In this document: piece after piece, positions 1-9,789 of the stretch
Layout of the letters: each line of letters opens with the position of its first letter
Numbering within the stretch: the stretch's first letter is position 1
Source of the DNA: a virus
Taxonomy: Duplodnaviria > Heunggongvirae > Uroviricota > Caudoviricetes
Reading direction: 5' to 3' (one strand)
Length of the DNA: 32,125 nt
Virus record (IMG/VR): IMGVR_UViG_2541047945_000009
Coordinates: 1-32,125 of that record
Program-made: the position numbers and the translations under genes
The notes under the pieces: generated by a model
What the model was told of the DNA's origin: nothing
Databases searched by the model: none
Seen by the model: only the letters and a program-made list of their open reading frames with translations

Positions 1-1236
1 CTATGATAACCGCGCATTCAACATGGCTATCTGTTCGTCGTTCATGTCATCAATCCACATACCGTAAATTTCATACACCATCTGCGCAGTTTCATGCCCC
101 ATTTGGCTGGCTATAAATGCCGGGTTCGCTCCTGCCGTCAACAGCCAGCAGGCAAAAGTATGCCGCGTATGGTACGGATTACGGCGGCGAATACCAGCAC
201 GTTTTACTGCTGCATTCCACCTTGCCCCCAAACTGCTTACCGAGTAATAAGGTTTTTGTTTTCCGTTACACACCCTGGGCATGAAAACAAAATGCAGTTT
301 TTGCTTTTCGGTTCTGCCGTACTCCCGATGATAAAAGGTGATTTCGCTTTTGCGATGATGCCCGGTCAGTTTGTATTGCTCCTTCAGTGCTTCAAGAGCA
401 GGCTGCAGTAGTGTTACTGTCCGGATCCCGGCATTTGTTTTTGGGGGACCGAACATATCAAGTATCGTCAGGTTTCTTCTGACATTCACTATTCCCTTTT
501 CGAGATCCACATCCTCCCACGCCAGAGCTGCCAGTTCCCCGTGACGAAGTCCTGAGTAAACTGCAAATTTCCACATGTTCTGGCTCTGTCCTTTTTCACT
601 TTCCATTAATGCATTGAATTCTGTTTTAGATAACGGATCAGGCTTTATTCTGTTTCGCTGTAATTTTTTTACTCCTTCAAATGGTTTGGTTGATATAAAT
701 CCCGACTGATACGCAAAACGTAACAGCGAACAGAGCAGGGCGATATAGTTATCAACTGTGCGCACGGTTCTTCCTTTTTTGTTGGATCTTGGATTATCCA
801 GGTAAAGCGTTTCTCCATGCAGCAGTTCATTCCGGTAGTTTAAGATATCGCTATAACGAATATGTGATATCAGGGTACTTTCACAAATTATTATTCTGAG
901 TGTTTTTAATTGTGATTTCGTTTTCTTCATTGTGTTTGTTGTTAACTCTGTCTCTTTAATTTTTGTCCAGATATCACAAAGCTCTCCGAACGTTTTTATG
1001 ACTCTCGTTGTCACCATTTTTGCCCCAGTGCTGGACTGGGGAAAACGTCTTAAATACTCAAATTCACCGGAGTTTATTTCATGAACTATCAGCGCTCTTA
1101 AATTTCCGGCCTTTTTAATATTACTGTTTGTAATCTCCCAGCCTTTTAATGTTTCCCGACATCGTTTTCCTCGAAACATGAACCAGATGCGAATGTATCT
1201 ACCTCTAATCTCGACACCTGTTGGTAATTTAGACAT
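1..1236 (-). CDS. intR: Phage integrase, tyrosine recombinase (Rac IntR-like)
   Basis: 411-aa ORF at the prophage edge directly followed by an excisionase-like gene; C-terminal region (…NPYHTRHTFACWLL…MVYEIYG) fits the tyrosine recombinase catalytic region. Stop codon is at window position 1-3, so attL lies outside the window. Confidence 0.9.
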   Translation of the reverse strand: MSKLPTGVEIRGRYIRIWFMFRGKRCRETLKGWEITNSNIKKAGNLRALIVHEINSGEFEYLRRFPQSSTGAKMVTTRVIKTFGELCDIWTKIKETELTTNTMKKTKSQLKTLRIIICESTLISHIRYSDILNYRNELLHGETLYLDNPRSNKKGRTVRTVDNYIALLCSLLRFAYQSGFISTKPFEGVKKLQRNRIKPDPLSKTEFNALMESEKGQSQNMWKFAVYSGLRHGELAALAWEDVDLEKGIVNVRRNLTILDMFGPPKTNAGIRTVTLLQPALEALKEQYKLTGHHRKSEITFYHREYGRTEKQKLHFVFMPRVCNGKQKPYYSVSSLGARWNAAVKRAGIRRRNPYHTRHTFACWLLTAGANPAFIASQMGHETAQMVYEIYGMWIDDMNDEQIAMLNARLS

Positions 1237-1237
1237 A

Positions 1238-1453
1238 TCATGAGTCTTTGATAAACTGATTTATCTTTGGATAGTTGTACCAGATAATCCCTCGTTTGCT
1301 GTCTGGCTTACCTAAAGGAGATACTCGTTTGAAGTGGAAGCCCTCCACCCAACAGTTCTGGCGGTATGCTTCAATTTGTCTGGCCCCCAGACCAGTGCGA
1401 AGCATCAGGCCGTATTCAACCATCCACTCTTCATTAAAGATTACTTGTGCCAT
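1238..1453 (-). CDS. xisR: Excisionase-like protein (YdaQ/XisR-like)
   Basis: 71 aa from internal Met [10 protein letters not shown] of the 79-aa track ORF; immediately upstream of int on the same strand; matches my memory of Rac YdaQ. Confidence 0.65.
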   Translation of the reverse strand: MAQVIFNEEWMVEYGLMLRTGLGARQIEAYRQNCWVEGFHFKRVSPLGKPDSKRGIIWYNYPKINQFIKDS

Positions 1454-1552
1454 CGCATCACCTCTGGCAGGCGCCAATGTTAGACTGAAATTGACGCCCG
1501 ATGTTGATTATTAATAATCAGCTATGAAGTTTTAATTTGAATACAATGCAAT

Positions 1553-1741
1553 TCACGAGGACTGAAGTTTCTCGCAATTAAAATTTATCAGTTTTACTTT
1601 CTGCTCTCTGGAAACGCCTGCTTCTTTTTTACCTGAGAGCATTTTTTCGCATTCTGATTTCGTTAGTTTAGATTTTGAATATCTTGTCCAGTTAGTAGGA
1701 GTGCCACCTTCCTTTTCAATAGTGGCGGTAATTTTATACAT
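1553..1741 (-). CDS. ydaC: Small Rac early protein YdaC-like
   Basis: 62 aa from internal Met MYKITATIEKEGG, preceded by GGAGGTG Shine-Dalgarno; the longer track ORF would overlap ralR extensively. Start choice is inference. Confidence 0.5.
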   Translation of the reverse strand: MYKITATIEKEGGTPTNWTRYSKSKLTKSECEKMLSGKKEAGVSREQKVKLINFNCEKLQSS

Positions 1742-1928
1742 GAACACCTCCGTTATTATTTCCAGTGGTTCGTTTATTCCATCTTTCGAGTGCTTCTTTT
1801 TCACTTCCACCATAACCGGTTCGGGATTCGCATCCGTTACACTTCGCTCGGTAATATCCTGAAATGACTTTCACCGTTACTGATGGACAACCACAAAATG
1901 GACATGGTTTAACATTGTCATATCTCAT
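1734..1928 (-). CDS. ralR: Restriction-alleviation protein / toxin RalR (Lar family)
   Basis: 64 aa from Met MRYDNVKPCPFCGC…CNGC (Cys-rich zinc-ribbon-like); sits directly downstream of recT as in Rac. Confidence 0.7.
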   Translation of the reverse strand: MRYDNVKPCPFCGCPSVTVKVISGYYRAKCNGCESRTGYGGSEKEALERWNKRTTGNNNGGVHV

Positions 1929-1984
1929 AATTTTTCTCATAAAAAATATTTCAAGTTGGCGGTGCATTACACCGCCAGGCTGAA

Positions 1985-2794
1985 TTATTCCTCTGAATTA
2001 TCGATTACACTGTATTCCCCGGTTAATACAGAGGAATCTGCAGGATCGATTGTCAGTGGTTCCTTTTCATCCATTGATACTGCACGCTGGATCTCAATTG
2101 ATACGGGCAGATATTTGAACAGGCGACGAATAGCCGTTTTCTTTGCCATTTCTTCCCAGTGAGTTACCCACGGCCCGTTATTACCAGCTTTACTCAGGCT
2201 GCGCACCAGCTCAATCTGTTTGCGCGTCATAACTTCAAACTGAGTACCTCCGTCTTTCAGTCTTGCGACAGCATAGACGTGGGTAACCGGGGCATCTTCG
2301 TTTTCTCCCGGGCGGTGTATTAACTTTTCATCAAGGCCAAATTCGAAGCTAAACTCGTCACCTTCACGGACAACACGGGCTGACAGGCTGGCGATTTGAC
2401 CAGAACGGCGAGCCAGATCAATCATGCCGCGATAGCCAATGATTAGCTGAACGTTCTTTTTACCGCTCTTTTCGTTTTTATTACCAAAAGGCAGTAAATA
2501 TGCATGACCGAGGGCGCTACCTGGCTCAAGTCCGAGCTGTGAACACTGTACGATCGCACTGACAAAACTCATAGTGTCACAGTTTCCTAACGCCGGAACT
2601 TTACGAATTTCTGTGGTGGCGATACGGATCATACGTTCAGCCGTCATATGGCGTGGAAGAGCTGCTGCCAGTTGCTCTTTCATTGATGGCTGGTTAATAA
2701 AACTAATCACGTCGCTATTTTTAACTGCTGCTGGTGCACGGTTTCCCTGAGTTTTTTGCAGATCGGCTTTTGCGATTGGTGGTTGCTTAGTCAT
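1985..2794 (-). CDS. recT: RecT single-strand annealing recombinase
   Basis: 269 aa from [16 protein letters not shown]…; near-identical to K-12 RecT as I recall it. Start chosen at the second ATG (AAGGA Shine-Dalgarno 8 nt upstream), not the track start at 2851. Confidence 0.95.
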   Translation of the reverse strand: MTKQPPIAKADLQKTQGNRAPAAVKNSDVISFINQPSMKEQLAAALPRHMTAERMIRIATTEIRKVPALGNCDTMSFVSAIVQCSQLGLEPGSALGHAYLLPFGNKNEKSGKKNVQLIIGYRGMIDLARRSGQIASLSARVVREGDEFSFEFGLDEKLIHRPGENEDAPVTHVYAVARLKDGGTQFEVMTRKQIELVRSLSKAGNNGPWVTHWEEMAKKTAIRRLFKYLPVSIEIQRAVSMDEKEPLTIDPADSSVLTGEYSVIDNSEE

Positions 2795-5387
2795 TTGCAT
2801 ATTCCTTAGCCCAGCGGGGCAGTGATAATGTCTTAATAGCTGGCCATTCATCGGTATTCAGGCAGTCAGACAGGGTTCGCAGATTGCGGTGATATTCCTG
2901 TTGACCTGCCAGTTTTGCTTCTTCGCCCATCATGAAAATTTCAACCGGATAACGTCCGCATTCAATAGTTGTGCTGGCAACCAGAAAAACGAAAGTTGGC
3001 TGCACTCCAAACTGTGCTTCATAACCGTCACTGTAGAATGCATCCTGAACGTGATAGCGGTAGTCGTAATAAGCGGTTTTGAATCGTTGAATATCCGCCG
3101 TAGTTTTCACGTCCATGATCCAGTGAAATTCAGGGATAATTTTGTCCGGACGGCACCGACACAAAATTCCTGTTTCAGGATCTTCCCAGTAAATTGATGA
3201 TTCAGCGTGTCCGGCGCTTTCAACAAGCCATTGCCCCAGCGGCAAAGCCATAACGCTTTGATACATGAGTTCAATTTTCCGGCCTTCTTCCGCAGTGATA
3301 ACCGTTTTTCCTGTGCTTGCGCATTCCATCAGAAACGCTTTCTCTTCTTCTTTTCCGGCGTTTGTACGGCGGTTAAATTCAGGTGCTACGATAAAGCGGT
3401 TACTGAATTCTTCCGGTTCAAGTACCCGGCAGTGGAAAGCGGTTCCTAAATCGAGCGTTTTTGTCTTTGTGGTGTCCACGGGGGCATTTTTACGCCACAA
3501 ATATAGTGCCGGAGTATCAGCAATGTCATCGAGCTGAGACTTACTGACACCGGGACCCGCGTGGTAATTCTCATTCGAAATTCCGTAATAAATACCTGGC
3601 TCTATGTCTTCTACGATTACGGGATCTGCGACTTCGCCAGTTTCATCACTGCAATCGCGATGCGGATCGCTGCCAGCATTCTCATTGTGCGGATGTTCAG
3701 CGCCTTCCATTTCCTCCGGATCATTTTCCTTAGCTTCAACCTGACTCTCTTCATCGAATGTTTCCTGGTATGTTGCGTCGCCCATCACCGCACCACAGTC
3801 AGGGCAGTTATCCCCGCCAGTCTGGCCGCAGGCATTGCAGGCTATTTCCGGTTCCTGTTGCACTACTGGCTCAGGTTGATTCATATCCGGGCTGGTTTTT
3901 TCCGTTTCTGGCTGGTTCTGGTACACACAATCGCGAGTCTGGATCCCCTTTACCCATTTCGGATCGTTCGGGTCGCTAATTCCGTCAACAAATTCACCAC
4001 GTGATGCAGCAAGCAATTTATCGGCATCGACAGGATTTTTTGATGGAATGTTTTTCCGGGCTTCATGGAGTTCTGCCCGCAGTTCCTGATATTTCGCATC
4101 AACAGAATTTACCTGTGACTGAGCATCCAGCGGCTGCGTGTCCTGATGATGTTCAGTTGCGTCCGGTTCCATTGTTTCAGCCTCTCCCTGTTCAACTGCC
4201 GTTGTTCCAGATGGTTGCGGTTTTTCTTCATCATCCTGTTTTCCTTCTTCTGTTACTCGCTGCGGCATCGGGGCAGAGGAGCGACCGCAGGCAATATCCA
4301 CGATTTCCGGATCAGGGTTGGCATGATCGGTTTCAGTCAGTACTTTGTTCAGATATTCAGTGACGTGCGCGGGGATGACCTCGATCCCAATTGGTGCTTC
4401 TTTTACGGACGCAACCACGATGGCGCGGGAATAATCCAGCCCGCCAGGCATGGTGATGAATTTGTCGCGGAAAACAGAAAAGGGCGGTTTATTTTCAGCG
4501 ATAATTTCCTCAATGCGTTTAGCGTGTGCCGGATGAAGGTTATAGATGTCCAGATCCATTGAACGGGCCAGTACGCCAGTGGCTACGTCGCGCGCCAGTG
4601 ACGTCAGATCGTGTACGAAACCTTCGCCGCGATCGGTGAGGTTTCCGCCGCCAGCATTAGCACCGGAAGCCGTGCGAGTGATGTGTGAAACACGATTACC
4701 CTTCATCCACTCTTTTGTCAGCAGTCCTCGATCGGTGTAGTCAGCGTTCAGGTATGCTTCGAAAAAAGCAGTTATCAGTCCCAGGTTTGAATTACCAGGA
4801 TTAGGGAAAACTTTGTCAGTGTCACGAACCAGTTTGTGGAGTTCGCGAATTTCCAGCGGGTCGAGCAGGCTGGTTTTGTGGGAAACAGCCAGAGCAGTAA
4901 CAGCCGGTAGTTCTTCAGCCCGAGCAATGTGTAATGCCTGGAGTCCGTCGCGTGAAACGTGCGTTACCGGTTTTTCGCTGCCGTGTTGAGCAAGCCAACG
5001 AATGGGCAGTTCCTGGCCAGAAATTGGGAGTAGCATATTCTCCTCAATCTCAGTCATGTCTTCGCCGTTGACGTTGGTATTGCCTTGATAGTGAGCGTTG
5101 TCTGGTGCTGCTCCCGGTTTTAGTTCCCATGTCATGGAGTCTTTGCTGAGTTGATAGCGTTCACTCCAGGTAAAATCGATCTCACCTTCAGCGGGCAGGT
5201 CATTAACGACAGGAAAATTCGTGGCAACAGCTTTAAAATAGCTGCTCAGTTTTTTACCTGACTTAACGATCAGGTAGTCCAGAGTGGCACAGGTCGATTC
5301 AAAATCGTTGCTTGCCCACAGGACGACGTCAGGTTCACCGGATGATTTTTTCGCTTTCCGTAACAGGAAGAGTGGTTTTGTGCTCAT
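2787..5387 (-). CDS. recE: Exodeoxyribonuclease VIII (RecE)
   Basis: 866-aa ORF matching K-12 RecE in length and sequence from memory ([11 protein letters not shown]…WAKEYAND); its 3' end overlaps the recT start by 8 nt. Confidence 0.95.
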   Translation of the reverse strand: MSTKPLFLLRKAKKSSGEPDVVLWASNDFESTCATLDYLIVKSGKKLSSYFKAVATNFPVVNDLPAEGEIDFTWSERYQLSKDSMTWELKPGAAPDNAHYQGNTNVNGEDMTEIEENMLLPISGQELPIRWLAQHGSEKPVTHVSRDGLQALHIARAEELPAVTALAVSHKTSLLDPLEIRELHKLVRDTDKVFPNPGNSNLGLITAFFEAYLNADYTDRGLLTKEWMKGNRVSHITRTASGANAGGGNLTDRGEGFVHDLTSLARDVATGVLARSMDLDIYNLHPAHAKRIEEIIAENKPPFSVFRDKFITMPGGLDYSRAIVVASVKEAPIGIEVIPAHVTEYLNKVLTETDHANPDPEIVDIACGRSSAPMPQRVTEEGKQDDEEKPQPSGTTAVEQGEAETMEPDATEHHQDTQPLDAQSQVNSVDAKYQELRAELHEARKNIPSKNPVDADKLLAASRGEFVDGISDPNDPKWVKGIQTRDCVYQNQPETEKTSPDMNQPEPVVQQEPEIACNACGQTGGDNCPDCGAVMGDATYQETFDEESQVEAKENDPEEMEGAEHPHNENAGSDPHRDCSDETGEVADPVIVEDIEPGIYYGISNENYHAGPGVSKSQLDDIADTPALYLWRKNAPVDTTKTKTLDLGTAFHCRVLEPEEFSNRFIVAPEFNRRTNAGKEEEKAFLMECASTGKTVITAEEGRKIELMYQSVMALPLGQWLVESAGHAESSIYWEDPETGILCRCRPDKIIPEFHWIMDVKTTADIQRFKTAYYDYRYHVQDAFYSDGYEAQFGVQPTFVFLVASTTIECGRYPVEIFMMGEEAKLAGQQEYHRNLRTLSDCLNTDEWPAIKTLSLPRWAKEYAND

Positions 5388-5488
5388 TGTTTTTTAACCT
5401 CAACTCAGATTAAAATTCGTTTTGTTCAGTGAATGATCTTGCCGGATACACACTGTTCATAGCCTGCGCCATACGCAGGCTATTTCTT

Positions 5489-5764
5489 TCAGATTTCACC
5501 TTTTAATTTCATTGCAATTAGAGTTGCCAGAAATTCGGCTTTTTTTTCTGCGGGCAGATTCTTTCCGATATGCACCAGGCACATTTTTTTGACACCTTCA
5601 TCAAGTGTTTTTACGTTGCCTGATGGACCATCGATATCAACCACAGTGAATGGGGTTTCTTTATTTTCTGTTTTAATTACGTAGCCAATGCGCTTTCCTT
5701 CCAGATTCACCTCGTGAACAATGTCATCGGTAGTTACAACAGTGGCTTCATAATTGGTAATCAT
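5489..5764 (-). CDS. racC: RacC protein
   Basis: 91 aa from MITNYEATVVTTDD… with AAGGAG Shine-Dalgarno; position between recE and kilR as in Rac. Confidence 0.75.
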   Translation of the reverse strand: MITNYEATVVTTDDIVHEVNLEGKRIGYVIKTENKETPFTVVDIDGPSGNVKTLDEGVKKMCLVHIGKNLPAEKKAEFLATLIAMKLKGEI

Positions 5765-5838
5765 GTTTTTCTCCTTAATTAAGGTTGAGCGAATACCTGC
5801 CATTTCTGGCATAAATTCAGTTTCGAATAGTCAATTAA

Positions 5839-6009
5839 TTAAAGTTCATGTGCCATCTGGTCTTTTTCGGCACAAGCTTCACTGCAATATTTTCTCGGTT
5901 CGTCTTTTGATAAAATCCCGTGCATGAAGTGAAGCATTCTTTCAATAGCTTTGCTTTCTTCAACGTCTTTTTTGCAAAGGTGGTAAGCACATTTTATTTT
6001 CTTAGTCAT
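5839..6009 (-). CDS. ydaE: Small Cys-rich protein YdaE-like (56 aa)
   Basis: Translated by hand from the minus strand: [56 protein letters not shown]; not in the ORF track because it is under 60 aa. Its ATG overlaps the kilR stop (ATGA). Confidence 0.55.
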   Translation of the reverse strand: MTKKIKCAYHLCKKDVEESKAIERMLHFMHGILSKDEPRKYCSEACAEKDQMAHEL

Positions 6010-6230
6010 CACCATGACTCCGCCTTTACAGGTAAACCATCACGACCGAGGAAGACTTTAATCATGCGGTCAGTAATGAATGTTTTTGTGGTCAGGTTAC
6101 GAATATATAGTTTTCGCTTTTTAATATTGTTTGCCGAGGCAATATATGTCCGGCCTTCATGAAGAACATAATCGCCAGGAGTCACACACTGACGTGGTAT
6201 TTCATCAGTTCCGAAGTGATGTGCAATCAT
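6009..6230 (-). CDS. kilR: KilR, FtsZ-targeting cell-division inhibitor
   Basis: 73 aa from [14 protein letters not shown]… with GGAG Shine-Dalgarno; matches Rac KilR from memory. Confidence 0.85.
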
Positions 6231-6400
6231 AATTATCTCCATTTTTACAAATGAACTTTGTTGATGCGGTGTCTGGTGCCTCCAGGTGACTGCAACCAGT
6301 TAACAATTACAGTCGGCTTTCCCACCCAAACCAATAAGGACTAACATGACTTTTAACTGTGCCACGTGCGCTTAGCCGCATTCACCGCATCACAAAATTC

Positions 6401-6452
6401 ACTTTAAAAAGGGCGGACATCAGCCGAACTTCAAGAAAAAAACTGATGCCGC
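6401..6452 (-). terminator. Candidate intrinsic terminator on the leftward transcript upstream of kilR
   Basis: About 11-bp stem (GGCGGCATCAG / CTGATGTCCGCC on the minus strand) with a long loop, followed by CTTTTT on the minus strand. Confidence 0.35.
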
Positions 6453-6671
6453 CAGGACTACACACAGCAATGTCGTTATTTACAACCGGAGGCGCACTCC
6501 CACCATTTAAATTTAACAGACAAGACCGACTCTTTATGGATATCGGAAATGCGCCTTCGTGTTGTGCCCGGTTTTATTTCACCACCTCCGGGCTTCGGTG
6601 GTCTCGGCTATACCCCTACAGCGAGAGCTTGTGTTAACATTTCAATACCCTTACAGTTGAGAGTTATTGAT

Positions 6672-7160
6672 ATGTTGGATGTATTTACTCCATTGTTGAA
6701 ACTTTTTGCTAACGAGCCACTCGAAAGACTTATGTATACGATTATCATTTTTGGTCTCACTCTCTGGCTGATACCGAAAGAGTTTACTGTCGCATTCAAT
6801 GCTTATACTGAAATACCTTGGCTCTTTCAGATTATCGTTTTTGCCTTTTCTTTCGTGGTCGCCATTTCCTTCTCAAGATTGCGAGCACATATTCAAAAGC
6901 ATTATTCATTACTACCAGAGCAACGAGTATTGCTTCGTTTATCTGAGAAAGAAATCGCTGTATTTAAAGATTTCCTTAAAACAGGAAATCTTATTATCAC
7001 TTCTCCTTGCCGTAACCCGGTTATGAAAAAATTAGAACGGAAGGGCATCATTCAACATCAGAGTGATAGCGCAAACTGTTCTTATTATCTCGTCACCGAA
7101 AAATACTCCCATTTTATGAAATTATTCTGGAACAGCAGGAGTAGACGTTTTAATCGTTAG
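6672..7160 (+). CDS. sieB: Superinfection exclusion protein B (SieB)
   Basis: 162 aa from internal ATG MLDVFTPLLKLF…; hydrophobic N-terminal segments; matches Rac SieB from memory. Only plus-strand gene inside the leftward early region. Confidence 0.85.
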   Translation: MLDVFTPLLKLFANEPLERLMYTIIIFGLTLWLIPKEFTVAFNAYTEIPWLFQIIVFAFSFVVAISFSRLRAHIQKHYSLLPEQRVLLRLSEKEIAVFKDFLKTGNLIITSPCRNPVMKKLERKGIIQHQSDSANCSYYLVTEKYSHFMKLFWNSRSRRFNR

Positions 7161-7312
7161 CTTACTGTGTGCTTCTCCAACCATCGGCGCGCACCAGTTT
7201 CGGTTTTAAATGTTTTGCTTTTGGTATACGTCATGGCAGTGAACGTTCCATCCTGGTTGGGGAACACGCCGCACACCAGGGATTCGTTGTTGCCGAGGTC
7301 GATTTTTTGCAT
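7157..7312 (-). CDS. ydaF: Small protein YdaF-like (51 aa)
   Basis: Hand translation of the minus strand: MQKIDLGNNESLVCGVFPNQDGTFTAMTYTKSKTFKTETGARRWLEKHTVS; 3' end is convergent with and overlaps the sieB stop. Confidence 0.5.
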   Translation of the reverse strand: MQKIDLGNNESLVCGVFPNQDGTFTAMTYTKSKTFKTETGARRWLEKHTVS

Positions 7313-7322
7313 TTTGCGAATC

Positions 7323-7457
7323 TCACATCTTGTTGCTACGTATAGCGACTTCTGCCTGCCAGAGATCCTAGTCGTTGCTGCGTAAAGCCTGCACAGCCTG
7401 GTTGTAAGTGATACCGCAACAATCCATCAAATACTGAACTACTTCGTAATGCACCAT
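7323..7457 (-). pseudogene. ydaG: ydaG-like small ORF interrupted by an in-frame TAG at codon 30
   Basis: Minus strand: strong GGGGAGAG Shine-Dalgarno, then ATG MVHYEVVQYLMDCCGITYNQAVQALRSND, TAG at 7368-7370, and the same frame continues DLWQAEVAIRSNKM-stop. The combined 44 codons match my memory of YdaG length. Confidence 0.35.
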
Positions 7458-7744
7458 CTTATCTCTCCCCTTAACGCCGGGTGGCGGAACTAACTGCTGC
7501 ACTGCAAAATTTGAATCCCGCCGTCATGTTCATACGCCTCGGGCTGGCTACTTAACCCCTGACCACTGCCTGGTAACTCGAAGTATTGCCCGGCGTTCTG
7601 TGGGGCGGGGTGGGTTGGTAGGTATATAATGTACTTTATGTTCATCATTGTAAAGTACTTTAAGTACATTTTATGTATAAAAAAATGAGACGGGATAAAG
7701 TGAAGCACAAACCCGGAGGGGGACGCTACCGGATTTATGCTGGT

Positions 7745-8164
7745 TTAAGAGGCTTTTTGTTTTTTCTTTCGTGCTAACTCTTCGTAAATTGCATTGTACT
7801 TCTGTTTTTTCTCCTCAAGAGTTTTTAAAAGTTCATCTGTCTCACTGTCAGGGAGCTCGTCCAGAAGGTCAATGATGATTTTTTGTCTTGGATTTAACTC
7901 CTGATAGAAACGTATCTGTCCACTTTCTTCTGTATCCTCTCCCAAAAGATAGGTTGGTGTTGTTCCAATGAGTGTTGCTAATTCCCTTAATTTCTCTCGG
8001 CGAGGAATTGTTTCACCATTAAACCATTTGCTAACCGCTTTTGGTGTTAATTTCATTCGACGGGCAATTTCTGCCTGCCTTCCATGTTGTTCATAACCAG
8101 CGTTTTCACAGGCTAGCGCAAGCCTACTGGCGAACTCTTTACGCGCTTTATCTTCATGAACCAT
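7745..8164 (-). CDS. racR: Prophage repressor RacR (HTH, CI-like)
   Basis: 139-aa ORF MVHEDKARKEFASRL… with an N-terminal helix-turn-helix (…QAEIARRMKLTPKAVSKW…); divergent from ydaS. Confidence 0.85.
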   Translation of the reverse strand: MVHEDKARKEFASRLALACENAGYEQHGRQAEIARRMKLTPKAVSKWFNGETIPRREKLRELATLIGTTPTYLLGEDTEESGQIRFYQELNPRQKIIIDLLDELPDSETDELLKTLEEKKQKYNAIYEELARKKKQKAS

Positions 8165-8243
8165 AAGTTCAATGATATTCGCTCTTGAATGTACTGTCAG
8201 TTCTGTTATAGCATGTACTCAAAGTTCACATTGTGAGGATGAT
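8165..8243. promoter_or_regulatory. Divergent racR / ydaS-ydaT promoter-operator region
   Basis: 79-bp gap between divergent repressor and cro-like genes; contains repeated (A)TGTACT motifs and a TTCAA…TTGAA inverted pair. Operator assignment is inference. Confidence 0.45.
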
Positions 8244-8498
8244 ATGAACCAGAAAACACTTGAAGATGTAATCAAAACTGTTCGCGTTTCTGTTGTGGCC
8301 GACGTTTGTGGTGTCAGCCAAAGAGCAATCTACAAATGGATGGATAACGGAAAATTGCCTCGCACAGAATATACCGGCGAAACAAATTACGCTGAAAAAA
8401 TCGCTCATGCATCAAACGGATTATTTTCTGCCGATGCAATTTTAACTATTGGCAGAAATAAAACTACTACGAAAAAGCTGATGGGAGTTGATTCATGA
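8244..8498 (+). CDS. ydaS: Cro-like HTH protein YdaS
   Basis: 84 aa from ATG MNQKTLEDVIKT… with GTGAGGATG-type Shine-Dalgarno; HTH segment …VCGVSQRAIYKWMDNGKLP…. Confidence 0.75.
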   Translation: MNQKTLEDVIKTVRVSVVADVCGVSQRAIYKWMDNGKLPRTEYTGETNYAEKIAHASNGLFSADAILTIGRNKTTTKKLMGVDS

Positions 8499-8917
8499 AA
8501 ATCAAGCATGAGCACATCGAATCAGTGTTGTTAGCCCTGGCAGCCGAAAAAGGGCAGGCGTGGGTCGCTAACGCAATTACTGAAGAATATCTGCGCCAGG
8601 GGGGCGGCGAATTGCCCCTGGTACCAGGCAAGGACTGGAACAATCAGCAGAATATCTATCATCGTTGGTTGAAAGGTGAAACGAATGCGCAAAGGGAAAA
8701 AATTCAGAAACTGATCCCTGCGGTTCTGGCAATTCTTCCTCGCGAGCTGCGTCACCGACTCTGCATCTTCGATACCCTGGAACGCCGTGCATTACTGGCG
8801 GCACAGGATGCACTGAGTACGGCAATTGATGCGCATGATGATGCAGTCCAGGCCGTTTACCGTAAAGCACATTTCAGCGGCGGCGGTTCTCCTGGCGATT
8901 CTGTCGTAGTGCATTGA
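8495..8917 (+). CDS. ydaT: YdaT (toxic partner of YdaS, repressed by RacR)
   Basis: 140-aa ORF whose start overlaps the ydaS stop (ATGA); matches Rac YdaT from memory. Confidence 0.75.
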   Translation: MKIKHEHIESVLLALAAEKGQAWVANAITEEYLRQGGGELPLVPGKDWNNQQNIYHRWLKGETNAQREKIQKLIPAVLAILPRELRHRLCIFDTLERRALLAAQDALSTAIDAHDDAVQAVYRKAHFSGGGSPGDSVVVH

Positions 8918-8994
8918 TTGAAATTAATCGTACCGAACTGTTTTGTTCGGTATCAGTTAAATGTAACGCTGCGAGCGTTACAAGGTGAAAACAA

Positions 8995-9783
8995 ATGGCT
9001 TCAAACTGGATAAAGCTCGAAGTTATTACGCCGGATAAGCCGGAAATATTCAGGCTTGCTGAGATTCTGAATATTGATCCAGATGCCGCATTAGGGAAAG
9101 TCATTCGCTTCTGGGCATGGGCGGATCAACAAATGATAGACGGTAACGCAGAGTGTAACGCTCGCGGCGTTACAAAAAGTGCAATAGATCGCATCACTTT
9201 TATGGCTGGTTTTGCTGATGCGTTAATTCAGGTTGGATGGCTGGTCGAAACTAATGGTGTGTTGTCGCTTCCTAACTTTGAGCGCCATAACGGGAAAAGC
9301 TCTAAAAAACGGGCGGTTACAAACGAGAGAGTAACAAAAATACGAGAACTGAAACGAAAAGGTAACGCTGCCAGCGTTACAAAAACGGATCAAAAAGCGT
9401 TACCAGAGGAAGAGAAAGAGGAAGATATAAATACTTATCTCCCCCTAAATCCCCCTCGCCAAAAACGAGCGTCTAAAAAATTCGAACCGGAGGCTATCGA
9501 GCTGCCTGACTGGTTGCCGGAAACACTCTGGCATGAGTGGGTTCAGTTCAGGCAGGCATTGCGAAAACCGATTCGAACGGAGCAGGGCGCTAACGGGGCG
9601 ATACGGGAGCTGGAAAAATTCCGCCAGCAGGGTTTTTCACCTGAGCAGGTGATTCGACACAGCATCGCCAATGAATACCAGGGCTTGTTCGCGCCAAAAG
9701 GTGTTCGACCTGAGACGTTACTCCGACAGGTTAACACCGTCTCGTTACCGGATAGTGCGATCCCGCCAGGCTTCAGGGGGTAA
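8995..9783 (+). CDS. ydaU: Replication protein YdaU-like (O-like initiator candidate)
   Basis: 262-aa ORF immediately upstream of a DnaC-like loader; matches Rac YdaU from memory. Confidence 0.75.
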   Translation: MASNWIKLEVITPDKPEIFRLAEILNIDPDAALGKVIRFWAWADQQMIDGNAECNARGVTKSAIDRITFMAGFADALIQVGWLVETNGVLSLPNFERHNGKSSKKRAVTNERVTKIRELKRKGNAASVTKTDQKALPEEEKEEDINTYLPLNPPRQKRASKKFEPEAIELPDWLPETLWHEWVQFRQALRKPIRTEQGANGAIRELEKFRQQGFSPEQVIRHSIANEYQGLFAPKGVRPETLLRQVNTVSLPDSAIPPGFRG

Positions 9784-9789
9784 CTGACC

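Noticed and set aside
94-411. Plus-strand 105-aa ORF
   Set aside because: Antisense inside the integrase gene; no ribosome-binding site or motif.
1734-1967. Antisense RalA-type small RNA partnering ralR
   Set aside because: A type I antitoxin RNA is reported for K-12 ralR, but I cannot place its promoter or ends from sequence alone, so no feature is called.
2889-4740. Eight plus-strand ORFs (2889-3197, 3207-3449, 3265-3537, 3561-4004, 3758-3979, 4001-4363, 4146-4562, 4546-4740)
   Set aside because: All lie antisense within the full-length recE gene, which accounts for this DNA; no Shine-Dalgarno or recognisable motifs.
5461-5485. 9-bp-stem hairpin TAGCCTGCG/CGCAGGCTA between racC and recE
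   Set aside because: Considered as a terminator, but there is no U-run on the transcribed (minus) strand; more likely mRNA structure.
6359-6637. 92-aa plus-strand ORF upstream of sieB
   Set aside because: Lies in the kilR/sieB intergenic region and runs into the sieB start; no motif or ribosome-binding site.
7490-7708. 72-aa minus-strand ORF between ydaG and racR
   Set aside because: Falls in the predicted leftward promoter/operator region; low-complexity, no ribosome-binding site.
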